From Candidatus Saccharimonadota bacterium (GTDB lineage: Bacteria > Patescibacteriota > Saccharimonadia > Saccharimonadales > Saccharimonadaceae), in contig JAIUPJ010000001.1 in NCBI GenBank assembly GCA_020160975.1, forward strand, positions 630,001 through 662,000: a stretch of 32,000 nucleotides of DNA, in the 5' to 3' direction. Numbering within the stretch: position 1 is the stretch's first letter; each line of letters begins with the position of its first letter. Positions 24,176-31,469 of this stretch are shown one piece after another. The notes beneath the pieces are model-generated. The model was given only the letters and a program-made list of their open reading frames with translations, did no database searches and had not been told where the DNA came from. Both the position numbers and the translations under genes were made by a program.

Positions 24176-24928
24176 ATGAATATAGTATCAGTAAAGGATC
24201 TGCGAAAAGTCTACGATGACAAACCTGTTGTGGACGGCGTTAGTTTTAGCGTCAAAAAAGGTGAGGTATTCGGTATCTTGGGGCCAAATGGCGCCGGCAA
24301 GACAACAACCCTGGAAATGCTAGAGACACTTAGGCCTATCGATGGCGGCAGTGCAACTATCGACGGCATCGATGTCGCCAAAAACCCCGATGCCATCAAA
24401 CGATTGATTGGTGTACAGCCGCAGACGCCTGCTTTTCAGGACAAGACGACCCTCAAAGAAGTAATCGAGCTCTTTGCAGCGGCCTACGGCGAGAAAGTTG
24501 ATGTACTGCAGTTTCTGCGCGATGTTGATCTAGAGGAAAAAGCTGGCAACTATGTGGAGCAGCTGTCGGGAGGTCAGAAACAGCGGCTCAGTATCACGAC
24601 GGCACTGGTGCATGGGCCAAAAGTGTTTTTCCTTGACGAGCCGACAACCGGCCTCGACCCTCAAGCGCGCCGCCACCTCTGGGATCTGATTCGCACAATT
24701 CGCGACAAGGGTGTCAGTGTTATTATGACGACCCACTATATGGATGAGGCAGAGATGCTGTGTGACCGTATCGCAGTGATGGATAACGGCAAGATTGTCG
24801 CCCTCGATACGCCGAAGAATTTGATCAAAGCGCTCCTAAAGCGCGGTTTTAAAAAGACGCAACAAGTCGAGCAGGCAAATCTCGAAGATGTATTTATCGA
24901 TCTAACTGGCAAGGCGCTGAGGGACTAA
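24176..24928 (+). CDS. ABC transporter ATP-binding protein (ABC-2/DrrA-like exporter subfamily)
   Basis: Walker A GPNGAGKTTT, signature LSGGQKQRL and Walker B FFLDEPTTGLD. Confidence 0.9.
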   Translation: MNIVSVKDLRKVYDDKPVVDGVSFSVKKGEVFGILGPNGAGKTTTLEMLETLRPIDGGSATIDGIDVAKNPDAIKRLIGVQPQTPAFQDKTTLKEVIELFAAAYGEKVDVLQFLRDVDLEEKAGNYVEQLSGGQKQRLSITTALVHGPKVFFLDEPTTGLDPQARRHLWDLIRTIRDKGVSVIMTTHYMDEAEMLCDRIAVMDNGKIVALDTPKNLIKALLKRGFKKTQQVEQANLEDVFIDLTGKALRD

Positions 24929-24930
24929 TT

Positions 24931-26040
24931 ATGAACAAATCACTCTACACCATCCTGACATTTGCACGTATCAACACTAGGCGATTCTTCCGCGATCGCA
25001 TCGCAATCTTCTTTGGAATTCTGTTCCCGCTCATTTTCCTGTTTGTCTTTGGCGGTATTTTTGGCAATAACTCACAGGCAAATTTCCATGTGTCGCTTAT
25101 CAACAATTCCAAGTCTGACTTTGCAAAACAGTTTGTCGATCAGTTAAAGAAAGAAAGTGCTTTTAAGATCGATGAGGACGACAAGACGCTCGACGCAGCC
25201 AAAGAAAAAATGGTGCGTTCGCAGATCGACGCCACTATCATTCTGCCCGATAACTTTGGCGCTATCGATCAAGCCACCCAGACTCCTAAGGGCCAGGCCG
25301 AGGTGTACTATACACAGAACACACAACAATCTGGCCAGACTATGACAACAATTATCGACGGTGTGTTTCGCGATATCAACAAAAACATAACCCATGCGGC
25401 TGAGCCATTTACCGTTGTCGGCAAGCAGATCAACCAAAAATCACTGACGAGTTTTGACTACACATTCGCTGGGCTCCTGGGTTTTGCCTTGCTAGGCATG
25501 GGTATTTTTGGCCCAGTCAATGTTTTTCCTGAGTTGAAAAAGCAGGGGATTTTGCGCCGTCTTAGCACGACACCGCTCAAAGTTTGGCAGTACTTCTGTT
25601 CGATGGCTATCTCACAGTCGATTATTGGTTTGGTATCGATTGCGGTTATGTTTATTGTCGCGCTGACGGTATTTAAGCTTGAGGTAGTGGGTAATGTGCT
25701 GGTGCTTGTTGCATTTCTCGTGCTTGCAATCATAGAAATTCTCGGTATCGGTCTGGCAATTGGTGGCTGGGCACGCAATGAGCGGCAGGCGGCACCGCTG
25801 AGCAATATCATCACGTTTCCGATGATGTTCCTCTCTGGAACGTTCTTCCCGCGCTTTCTCATGCCCGAATGGCTACAGGGTGCGACGGCATATTTGCCGC
25901 TCACCCCAGTGATCGATGGCATTCGTTATATCGTTAACGAAGGATATGGCTTGACACAGCTCGGCCCGCAAATCGGTCTGATGCTGGGGTGGACCGTGGT
26001 CATCTATATTATCGCATTCCGTGTCTTCCGTTGGGAGTAG
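24931..26040 (+). CDS. ABC-2 type transporter permease
   Basis: Starts 2 nt after the ATPase stop. One N-terminal TM, a large extracytoplasmic loop, then five C-terminal TM segments, as is typical of ABC-2 permeases. Confidence 0.85.
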   Translation: MNKSLYTILTFARINTRRFFRDRIAIFFGILFPLIFLFVFGGIFGNNSQANFHVSLINNSKSDFAKQFVDQLKKESAFKIDEDDKTLDAAKEKMVRSQIDATIILPDNFGAIDQATQTPKGQAEVYYTQNTQQSGQTMTTIIDGVFRDINKNITHAAEPFTVVGKQINQKSLTSFDYTFAGLLGFALLGMGIFGPVNVFPELKKQGILRRLSTTPLKVWQYFCSMAISQSIIGLVSIAVMFIVALTVFKLEVVGNVLVLVAFLVLAIIEILGIGLAIGGWARNERQAAPLSNIITFPMMFLSGTFFPRFLMPEWLQGATAYLPLTPVIDGIRYIVNEGYGLTQLGPQIGLMLGWTVVIYIIAFRVFRWE

Positions 26041-26041
26041 G

Positions 26042-26070
26042 TTGACTTTTTATTACTCTTATGCTATAAT
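26042..26070 (+). promoter_or_regulatory. sigma70-type promoter at leaderless spacing
   Basis: TTGACT (26042-26047), a 17-nt spacer, then TGcTATAAT (-10 at 26065-26070). ATG 26079 lies 8 nt after the -10. Confidence 0.6.
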
Positions 26071-26078
26071 GAAAATAT

Positions 26079-26546
26079 ATGGCAAAAGTAGTCGAATTAC
26101 TTAATGGCAAAAGGGATATCCTGACGGATGACGGAGATGTTGTACCAAGCGCCGACTACACTGATGCTATGGGGAACATTGTTGATGTCCCTGAGGAAAC
26201 TGAGACTATAGCCGAGCCGCCGCTCAGTGAACGCGACTTGCGGATTCACGAGCTTGAAGCCGAGCGTGATAGCTACGAGGAATGGCTTGGTAAGGAGGCC
26301 GATAAGCTCGGCTGGTCACTTGATGTCGTGCGAGCTAAATACGGTGGTTTCACTGGGGCAAAAGAGCTTGAGAAGCTTGTACAGGAGCGCGACCAAGAGA
26401 TGACGGGTATCGGTGCTGCCGGTATTCTCGCTGTATTGAGGCAACGAAAACAGCAAGCGATCAATCAAATCGATGATCCAGCCGCACGCGCCGCCGAACA
26501 GCGCGAATTTGATATACAGCGTCGTGTTGAAAAATATAAAAAATAA
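26079..26546 (+). CDS. hypothetical acidic, coiled-coil-rich protein
   Basis: 155 aa, Glu/Asp-rich, with no TM segment. Good promoter. I recognise no family. Confidence 0.55.
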   Translation: MAKVVELLNGKRDILTDDGDVVPSADYTDAMGNIVDVPEETETIAEPPLSERDLRIHELEAERDSYEEWLGKEADKLGWSLDVVRAKYGGFTGAKELEKLVQERDQEMTGIGAAGILAVLRQRKQQAINQIDDPAARAAEQREFDIQRRVEKYKK

Positions 26547-26614
26547 CGACCCGCTTGGAATCGATAAAAGCGGCTGTCGTTGAGCTGGAGCTGAAACAAT
26601 TTTACACCTTTTTC

Positions 26615-26690
26615 TGGTGGGGGTACCTGGACTTGAACCGGGGACCAACAGGTTATGAGCCCGCTGCTCTAACCACTGAGCTATACCCCC
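26615..26690 (-). tRNA. tRNA with CAT anticodon (elongator Met or lysidine-type Ile2)
   Basis: The reverse complement folds as a 76-nt cloverleaf. It has acceptor GGGGGTA/TACCCCC, D arm GCTC-AGTGGTTA-GAGC, anticodon loop CTCATAA, T loop TTCAAGT with one C-A mismatch in the T stem, and an encoded CCA. Confidence 0.85.
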
Positions 26691-26795
26691 ATGCCAGAAA
26701 AAACCGTAAAACCATCTTCGAATCACTGAGTAGTATTTTGTGTTTACCTCTGGTATTATATCGTATTTTCTTTCTCTCAGCTATAATATAGCGTG

Positions 26796-27251
26796 ATGAT
26801 GCTTACGACTATTCAAAAGAAACTGCGACACATGTGGCGGCTCTACGGCACTATGAATAATGTTGTGGTGGTCGTGGCATTGGTGATAGCGGCCAGTTGG
26901 GCATGGGGGTCGGTAACCGTTATGCAGCGAAACTTTGCTTTGCAGCGCGAGGGTGATGAGCAGCGGCGGCAGTTACAGCTGAACGAACTCCAGGTGGCAA
27001 CGCTCAAGTACCAACAGAATTACTATAAGAGCGATGAGTATAAAGATTTAGCGGCGCGTATGTATCTAGGGCTGGCAAATCCTGGCGAAAAGGTGCTGAT
27101 TTTGCCGCCGAACAGTGCTGCCGCAAAAGATGATGCACGTTCAGATACGCAAAAGGTGTCGAGGCCAGTCGAAGGTAGCTCTGTTAGTAATCTCGACCAG
27201 TGGCTCAATTTTCTGGCTGGCAACAATAGTGCCTCCTACTTGCAAAACTAG
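26796..27251 (+). CDS. FtsB/DivIC-like septum formation initiator family protein
   Basis: N-terminal TM, coiled coil (QLQLNELQVATLKYQ), then DEYKDLAARMYLGLANPGEKVLIL, resembling the FtsB/DivIC C-terminal motif. Three candidate starts (GTG 26793, ATG 26796, ATG 26799) lie 5-11 nt after TATAAT at 26782-26787. Confidence 0.6.
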   Translation: MMLTTIQKKLRHMWRLYGTMNNVVVVVALVIAASWAWGSVTVMQRNFALQREGDEQRRQLQLNELQVATLKYQQNYYKSDEYKDLAARMYLGLANPGEKVLILPPNSAAAKDDARSDTQKVSRPVEGSSVSNLDQWLNFLAGNNSASYLQN

Positions 27252-27276
27252 TTCATCTCTGTTAAAATTGAATATT

Positions 27277-27330
27277 GTATCGCGTGGTGGAGTAATTGGT
27301 CAGCTCCCACTTGAACGATCGCTCATAACC
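27277..27330 (+). pseudogene. 5'-half pseudo-tRNA, a diverged copy of the tRNA-fMet 5' portion
   Basis: GTATCGCGtGGTGGAG...GGTCAGCTC...GCTCATAACC is collinear with 27371-27416 of the intact gene, including 4 nt of 5' flank. It has a ~9-nt insertion and no T arm or 3' acceptor strand. Confidence 0.5.
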
Positions 27331-27374
27331 ATGTTATGGGGGTGGATACAGTAGACCAAACAATTCATCAGTAT

Positions 27375-27452
27375 CGCGGGGTGGAGCAGCCCGGTCAGCT
27401 CGCTTGGCTCATAACCAAGAGGTCGCAAGTTCAAATCTTGCCCCCGCAACCA
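27375..27452 (+). tRNA. initiator tRNA-fMet (CAT)
   Basis: CGCGGGGTGGAGCAGC...GGCTCATAACC...GGTCGCAAGTTCAAATCTTGCCCCCGCAACCA. It has a C1xA72 mismatch at the acceptor end, is close to the E. coli tRNA-fMet sequence as I recall it, and encodes CCA. Confidence 0.9.
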
Positions 27453-27466
27453 CGATGAAACAACAG

Positions 27467-27498
27467 ATAGAGATTAGTAAAGATGCTAATCTCTATTT
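27467..27498 (+). terminator. intrinsic terminator after tRNA-fMet
   Basis: AGAGATTAG / CTAATCTCT 9-bp stem with an 8-nt loop, followed by ATTTTT. Confidence 0.7.
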
Positions 27499-27601
27499 TT
27501 GTTTTACCTCTGTAGATTAAGTTCAAGTCCTGCTTCTCTTTATATGGAAACGGGCGCCACCGACCGAAGTCGATGACGCCCATGGCGCTTCCGTTCCTGT
27601 G

Positions 27602-28138
27602 TCACTCGAAGGCGTTCACCAGGAACCGGCTATACGAGCCGGTGCTCAGCTTGGTGTTGAACTCCTGTACAGCTTCCAGCGACGGACCGCTCACCCGGAT
27701 GTTCTGAGCGTAGAGCATCGCTTGGCCGCCTCGGCGAATGACACCGCCAGCGTAGTGAGCGCACTCTGCCGGGAAGACCCGCTCGACCGTAGCTGCGAAG
27801 CCTAAGCCGACCGCCTCGTAGAAGCCGGCGCGTGCTCGGATCGGAGCGCTCTTCATGCGCACGATCTCGGCCCTGACCACCAAGATGCCCATGTCGACGA
27901 TCTCTTGAGGAAGGCGCGCGAGGTAGCGGTCGAAGTTCAGGACGAAGTTGCCAGTACGTCGGTCTTCCGCGAGCTGAGCGCCGAGCTTGTCGAGGTAGGT
28001 CAAACCGAAATCGTTGAAGTGCGCTTCAAAAGTGGAGCGCATGACCGTCCCGCTCTCTCCGGGGCGAAGTGGCTTGCGAGCGAACTCGGCGAAGAGTCTC
28101 CTCGCGTCGTCTCGCGTGACATGCAAGTGTGTATACAC
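27602..28138 (-). CDS. hypothetical protein, GC-rich orphan inside the tRNA-linked island
   Basis: 178 aa with a GTG start and an AGGAG SD 7 nt upstream. Hand count gives 71/120 G+C at 27601-27720. I recognise no motif. Confidence 0.6.
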   Translation of the reverse strand: MYTHLHVTRDDARRLFAEFARKPLRPGESGTVMRSTFEAHFNDFGLTYLDKLGAQLAEDRRTGNFVLNFDRYLARLPQEIVDMGILVVRAEIVRMKSAPIRARAGFYEAVGLGFAATVERVFPAECAHYAGGVIRRGGQAMLYAQNIRVSGPSLEAVQEFNTKLSTGSYSRFLVNAFE

Positions 28139-28406
28139 GGTGGGCTCCTAACCCTCTGCCTAAGAAGTAGAAGTAGGTGCTCACCGTGGCAGAAACGGAG
28201 AGCTGTCTATACGTGATACGCGTACACACAGCTCTCCATTTGCTTTGTTAAAGAACTTTGTTACATATTATAACAAATAGTCTAAATTGTCAACAGTATT
28301 CTAATCTTAACCCCGTGTCCTATTCATCACTGGTATTGCGTCAGTAAGCTCTAACCACCTAACTATCTCTCTGCAGATTAAGTTCCAATTCGAGTTTACC
28401 TGGGCA

Positions 28407-28452
28407 ACCAAGAAAAAACCCGAGTCCAAAAGGACTGGGGTTTTTTCTTGGT
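28407..28452. terminator. long A/T-flanked hairpin, bidirectional terminator-like
   Basis: ACCAAGAAAAAACCCGAGTCC-aaaa-GGACTGGGGTTTTTTCTTGGT gives 20 bp with one G-G mismatch. It reads as hairpin plus U-run on both strands. It lies downstream of the 31306-28633 operon and upstream of the orphan gene. Confidence 0.7.
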
Positions 28453-28590
28453 AGCGCGAACAACATTCAAGCTTGCGACTATTTTGCCATTGGCAAAAAG
28501 TGGCAAGTATCGCTCGCAGGCTCGCCTTTGCACTGCGCTTCGCCAAACTTTGCCCAATCGATAGGTAAGAAGGGGAGCCGCTACACAGAG

Positions 28591-28625
28591 TCTCGCGCAA
28601 CGTGATCAAATCTTGCCCCGCAACC
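28591..28625 (+). repeat. partial copy of the tRNA-fMet 3' end (att-like direct repeat)
   Basis: TCGCgcAAcGtgaTCAAATCTTGCCCC-GCAACC compared with the tRNA's TCGCAAGTTCAAATCTTGCCCCCGCAACC. Confidence 0.6.
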
Positions 28626-28632
28626 TGACTAA

Positions 28633-28899
28633 TTACTCTTGTCGTGTCGCCTGCAGGTAAATGATTAGTCCAATCGATAGCCAGAATACTAGCGCTAACG
28701 TGACGTAGTAAAAGACGATATTGTAAATGTGTAGTCCTCTTGCTGTCAAAAAGAGCATCACAATCGCCATGAGACTAACGAGCGCAATGATTCGCAGCCA
28801 GCGAATGGTGGTTTGTTTGGGTGCAGGCCCAAAAAATGCTTTGACTATATTGAATAAGAAGTGAGCGAGTGATGGGGCGTAGATGGCGGGCGGTAACAT
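28633..28899 (-). CDS. hypothetical small membrane protein (3 TM)
   Basis: 88 aa and very hydrophobic. Its start lies 10 nt after the stop of the upstream flavoprotein gene. Confidence 0.5.
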   Translation of the reverse strand: MLPPAIYAPSLAHFLFNIVKAFFGPAPKQTTIRWLRIIALVSLMAIVMLFLTARGLHIYNIVFYYVTLALVFWLSIGLIIYLQATRQE

Positions 28900-28909
28900 G
28901 GGGATGGGG

Positions 28910-30286
28910 TTATTTTACTAGTTTGCTGGCAGCTACCCGTACCGCTTCACTCCAACTGAGAAAAGCATGGGGCGTGGCGGCGAGGTCGGCGGCGGTCATG
29001 TGGTATTTTACGGCCAGAGCAATCTCTTGGATAATCTCGGCGGCGTGAGGCACAACGACTGTTCCTCCTAGCAAGACGCCTTTTTTGTCGCTGATAAGTT
29101 TGACGAAGCCATCGCGAAAATCACTGGTGTTGCTGCGAGCAATAATGTTAAGCGGGGCGATTGCTGTGTTGATGCGCAGGTCGCGCTTGAGACAGTCGTC
29201 TTCGGTCAGGCCCACGCTGGCAACACCTGGGAAGGTAAAGGTCAGCCGAGGAGATGCGGTGTAGTCGGGAGTAATTTTGTTTTTCATGAGAACATTATGC
29301 GCGGTGACACGGCTCTCAAGCAGAGCGCTATGGGTAGACCCAGGACGTCCTAGTACATCACCAGCAGCATAAATGTGCTTGGCGCTGGTCTGGAGGTGCT
29401 CGTTGACCTCAACGCCAACGGGAGTGTAGGTGACAGCGGCGTTTTCGAGGCCGAGGTCGACCATCGGCTGCCGTCCGGTGGCGATGAGCACATCGTCAAC
29501 CTTGACTGATTTTTCGGCTCCACCGCGAAGGAATGTCACGCGATAGCCGAGGCCTTCCTTGACGACGGAGAGGGTGCGGGTCTGTGTCAGTGACGTGACG
29601 CCTTTACCTTCACGGAGCAGGCGTTCCATCAATTCGCCCACTTCCTCCTCTTCCTTTGGTAGGATGCGTGCTGCGATCTCGGCAAGATACACTTTTGTGC
29701 CAAAGATCGCCATAAGTTGGGCGATCTCAACACCAGTTGTTCCTGCGCCAATGATGTAAAGCGACTTTGGTGGACGAATCGTCTCGAGAATGGTCCGTGG
29801 GGTAAGATACGTGATATCGACGAGACCCTGAATATCAGGTGCGACCCACTGGGACCCAGTTGCGATGAGAAAATGCGCTGCAGAGAGGTGGCGGCGGTTG
29901 ATAGTGATTTCATGCGGCGTCAAGAAGTGTGCTCTTCCATAAATAGCGGTGATGCCCTGAGACTCGTAAAACTTCTTGTTGCCAGCTGCGCCAGTGCGCC
30001 GGACACTGAGATCTTTCCAGGCCCTTAGGCTGGGGTAATTATATCCAAGCGTGTTGCTACGCAGGCCAAATCGTGCGCCGTGACGGGCTTCGTCATAGAG
30101 CTGTGCGGCATGCAGGAGAGCTTTTGTGGGAACGTCACTCCAGTTTGGTGACTCGCCGCCAAAGGTATCCGCTTCGACGATGGCGACTTTTTTGCCTTCG
30201 CGTGCTGCAATCGTGGCCGCCGCAGAGCCGCCAGCGCCGCTGCCGATGACGATGAGGTCGTAGTCAAATGATGGTTTCTTTGCCAT
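28910..30286 (-). CDS. class I pyridine nucleotide-disulfide oxidoreductase homologue (Lpd-like) lacking the redox-active cysteine pair
   Basis: FAD motif DLIVIGSGAGGSAAA, NAD motif LYIIGAGTTGVEIA, the AAGDV motif and a C-terminal dimerisation domain with H..SE. The site equivalent to GGxCLNVGCIPSKALL reads GGESPNWSDVPTKALL. Confidence 0.85.
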   Translation of the reverse strand: MAKKPSFDYDLIVIGSGAGGSAAATIAAREGKKVAIVEADTFGGESPNWSDVPTKALLHAAQLYDEARHGARFGLRSNTLGYNYPSLRAWKDLSVRRTGAAGNKKFYESQGITAIYGRAHFLTPHEITINRRHLSAAHFLIATGSQWVAPDIQGLVDITYLTPRTILETIRPPKSLYIIGAGTTGVEIAQLMAIFGTKVYLAEIAARILPKEEEEVGELMERLLREGKGVTSLTQTRTLSVVKEGLGYRVTFLRGGAEKSVKVDDVLIATGRQPMVDLGLENAAVTYTPVGVEVNEHLQTSAKHIYAAGDVLGRPGSTHSALLESRVTAHNVLMKNKITPDYTASPRLTFTFPGVASVGLTEDDCLKRDLRINTAIAPLNIIARSNTSDFRDGFVKLISDKKGVLLGGTVVVPHAAEIIQEIALAVKYHMTAADLAATPHAFLSWSEAVRVAASKLVK

Positions 30287-30296
30287 AGAGGTCTCC

Positions 30297-30584
30297 TTAC
30301 ATGATCACTTTGTGATGTTGGTAAATATAGGCAGCATCTGGGTGAAATCGCTTCAGTGTTCGACTTGCCTGGTGGCGGATATCCGCGCTAGTGATCTCGG
30401 GCTTGTCGGTACACCAGATGATCACTGCGTCACAGACTTTCTGGGCAGTCTCGGCGGCCTGGCCTTCAGGAGAACGGACACTGAGACAGGCAGCGTGAAT
30501 ACTGCGACGAAGTTTGTTGTGGTCGAAACGCTCCGGGGCACGCTTGCCATTTCGCTTGACGACATCGACGGCGAGTTGACTCAT
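30297..30584 (-). CDS. stand-alone ATP-cone domain protein
   Basis: VVKRNGKRAPERFDHNKLRRSIHAA ... ITSADIRHQASRTLKRFHPDAAYIYQHH fits the ATP-cone pattern. There are no zinc-ribbon cysteines, so it is not a full NrdR. ATGA overlap with the upstream gene. Confidence 0.75.
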   Translation of the reverse strand: MSQLAVDVVKRNGKRAPERFDHNKLRRSIHAACLSVRSPEGQAAETAQKVCDAVIIWCTDKPEITSADIRHQASRTLKRFHPDAAYIYQHHKVIM

Positions 30585-31306
30585 TTGAGTGTCACATTTC
30601 CTGCCACCGCCGCGAGGGCGACGACATTTGCGTAGATAAATGCTCCCAGCACGAGAAACCCGCTGCCTGCAATAAATTGGAGGAAGTGCTTGTTTTGCTC
30701 GCGCCAGCGTTGAATATCGCTGATTTTGTGTCCGCTGCCGATGAGAACGACTACGATGCCTGCACCAAGAGATGCGATGAGGGTGTACAGAAACAGTGCG
30801 GGGAGCTGCCAGCGGTGTGGCAAGTAGCTCAGCGAACAGGCAGCAGCAAGTGCTGGCGCGATCATAAAGATCAACTCGGCAATTACACTAGTGAGTCCGA
30901 GACTGAAACTCTCGCTAGCAGAAGTAGCGCTCTTTGCACGGGTGCTAAGAAACCTCGCCATACTACGCGGTATCCAGAGTGCCGTACCGGCCTGACGGCG
31001 GTAGTAAAATACCCAGATTGCTATTCCGAGACCGATCAGCAGGCCACAGACGACCGCCCAGACGGCGAGGGGAATGTAGGCGCGGAACAATGAGCTCAAG
31101 ACTGCTGTCAAGAATGAGACGACCAACATCGTCATCGTTACCGTACCTCCGAGAAATCCAAGTGTCAGGCGGGTGGTCTGGGCACCTGAGTGTTTTTTGC
31201 CAATCGAATGACTACTCAGCAGTGTTACCATGCTGATGCTCAGCTGAAAGGTAGCATGCATCAGCCCGGCAAGGGCGATGATAGCAAGTGCAGTAACGGT
31301 ATCCAT
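30581..31306 (-). CDS. hypothetical polytopic membrane protein (about 6 TM)
   Basis: 241 aa and the first gene of the 31306-28633 operon. TTGACA and TATAAA-like boxes lie upstream. I recognise no family. Confidence 0.6.
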   Translation of the reverse strand: MDTVTALAIIALAGLMHATFQLSISMVTLLSSHSIGKKHSGAQTTRLTLGFLGGTVTMTMLVVSFLTAVLSSLFRAYIPLAVWAVVCGLLIGLGIAIWVFYYRRQAGTALWIPRSMARFLSTRAKSATSASESFSLGLTSVIAELIFMIAPALAAACSLSYLPHRWQLPALFLYTLIASLGAGIVVVLIGSGHKISDIQRWREQNKHFLQFIAGSGFLVLGAFIYANVVALAAVAGNVTLK

Positions 31307-31396
31307 AATTGTTTGTCTTTTTATAGTCCTCTTGCTAATTTATACCATAAGCACTACTGTCAAGTCAAAGAAATAGATATATTCTTTTAAAAAGGT

Positions 31397-31425
31397 ATTG
31401 CTTTTTTTGCAAGTCTATGCTATAT
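31397..31425 (+). promoter_or_regulatory. candidate promoter
   Basis: TTGCTT (31397-31402), a 17-nt spacer, then TGcTATATT (-10 at 31420-31425). Confidence 0.45.
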
Positions 31426-31469
31426 TAAGTACATAAGTTAATCAAACAACAAAAAAGGCAAACACAACA

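Larger units (their letters stand above)
27453..28625. mobile_element. degraded tRNA-fMet-linked island remnant (no integrase present)
   Basis: Bounded on the left by the tRNA 3' end and on the right by TCAAATCTTGCCCC-GCAACC (28606-28625), a 20/21 copy of tRNA positions 27431-27451. It contains a ~59 % GC orphan gene. Confidence 0.45.

Noticed and set aside
26316-26791. ORFs 26316..26726 (-) and 26555..26791 (+).
   Set aside because: Both run straight through the tRNA(CAT) gene at 26615-26690 and have no translation signals. They are artefacts of the open frame across a structured RNA gene.
27508-28387. Direct repeat CTCTG(T/C)AGATTAAGTTC(A/C)A (27508-26 and 28369-87) bracketing the GC-rich orphan gene. 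Also the shared TTTACCTCTG-containing ~25-mer near both tRNA genes (26734-26758 and 27494-27519).
   Set aside because: A 17/19 match, or a 10-mer core, is expected several times by chance among all position pairs in a 32-kb window on both strands. My rough estimate is about 5 chance matches for the 17/19 case. The placement is suggestive, but I do not count it as evidence for att sites.
28482-28498. 17-bp perfect palindrome TTTTGCCA-t-TGGCAAAA inside the island. Also the 7-bp inverted pair TTTGACT/AGTCAAA (19874-19927) in the wHTH-Nudix promoter region.
   Set aside because: Palindromes with 8-bp arms are expected about 0.5 times per 32 kb by chance (32000 x 4^-8), and 7-bp arms at variable spacing far more often. 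No supporting context is present.
28307-28609. ORF 28307..28609 (-), 100 aa, inside the island.
   Set aside because: It spans the 20-bp terminator hairpin and the tRNA-fragment repeat, has no SD, and its composition is unremarkable. It is most likely non-coding.
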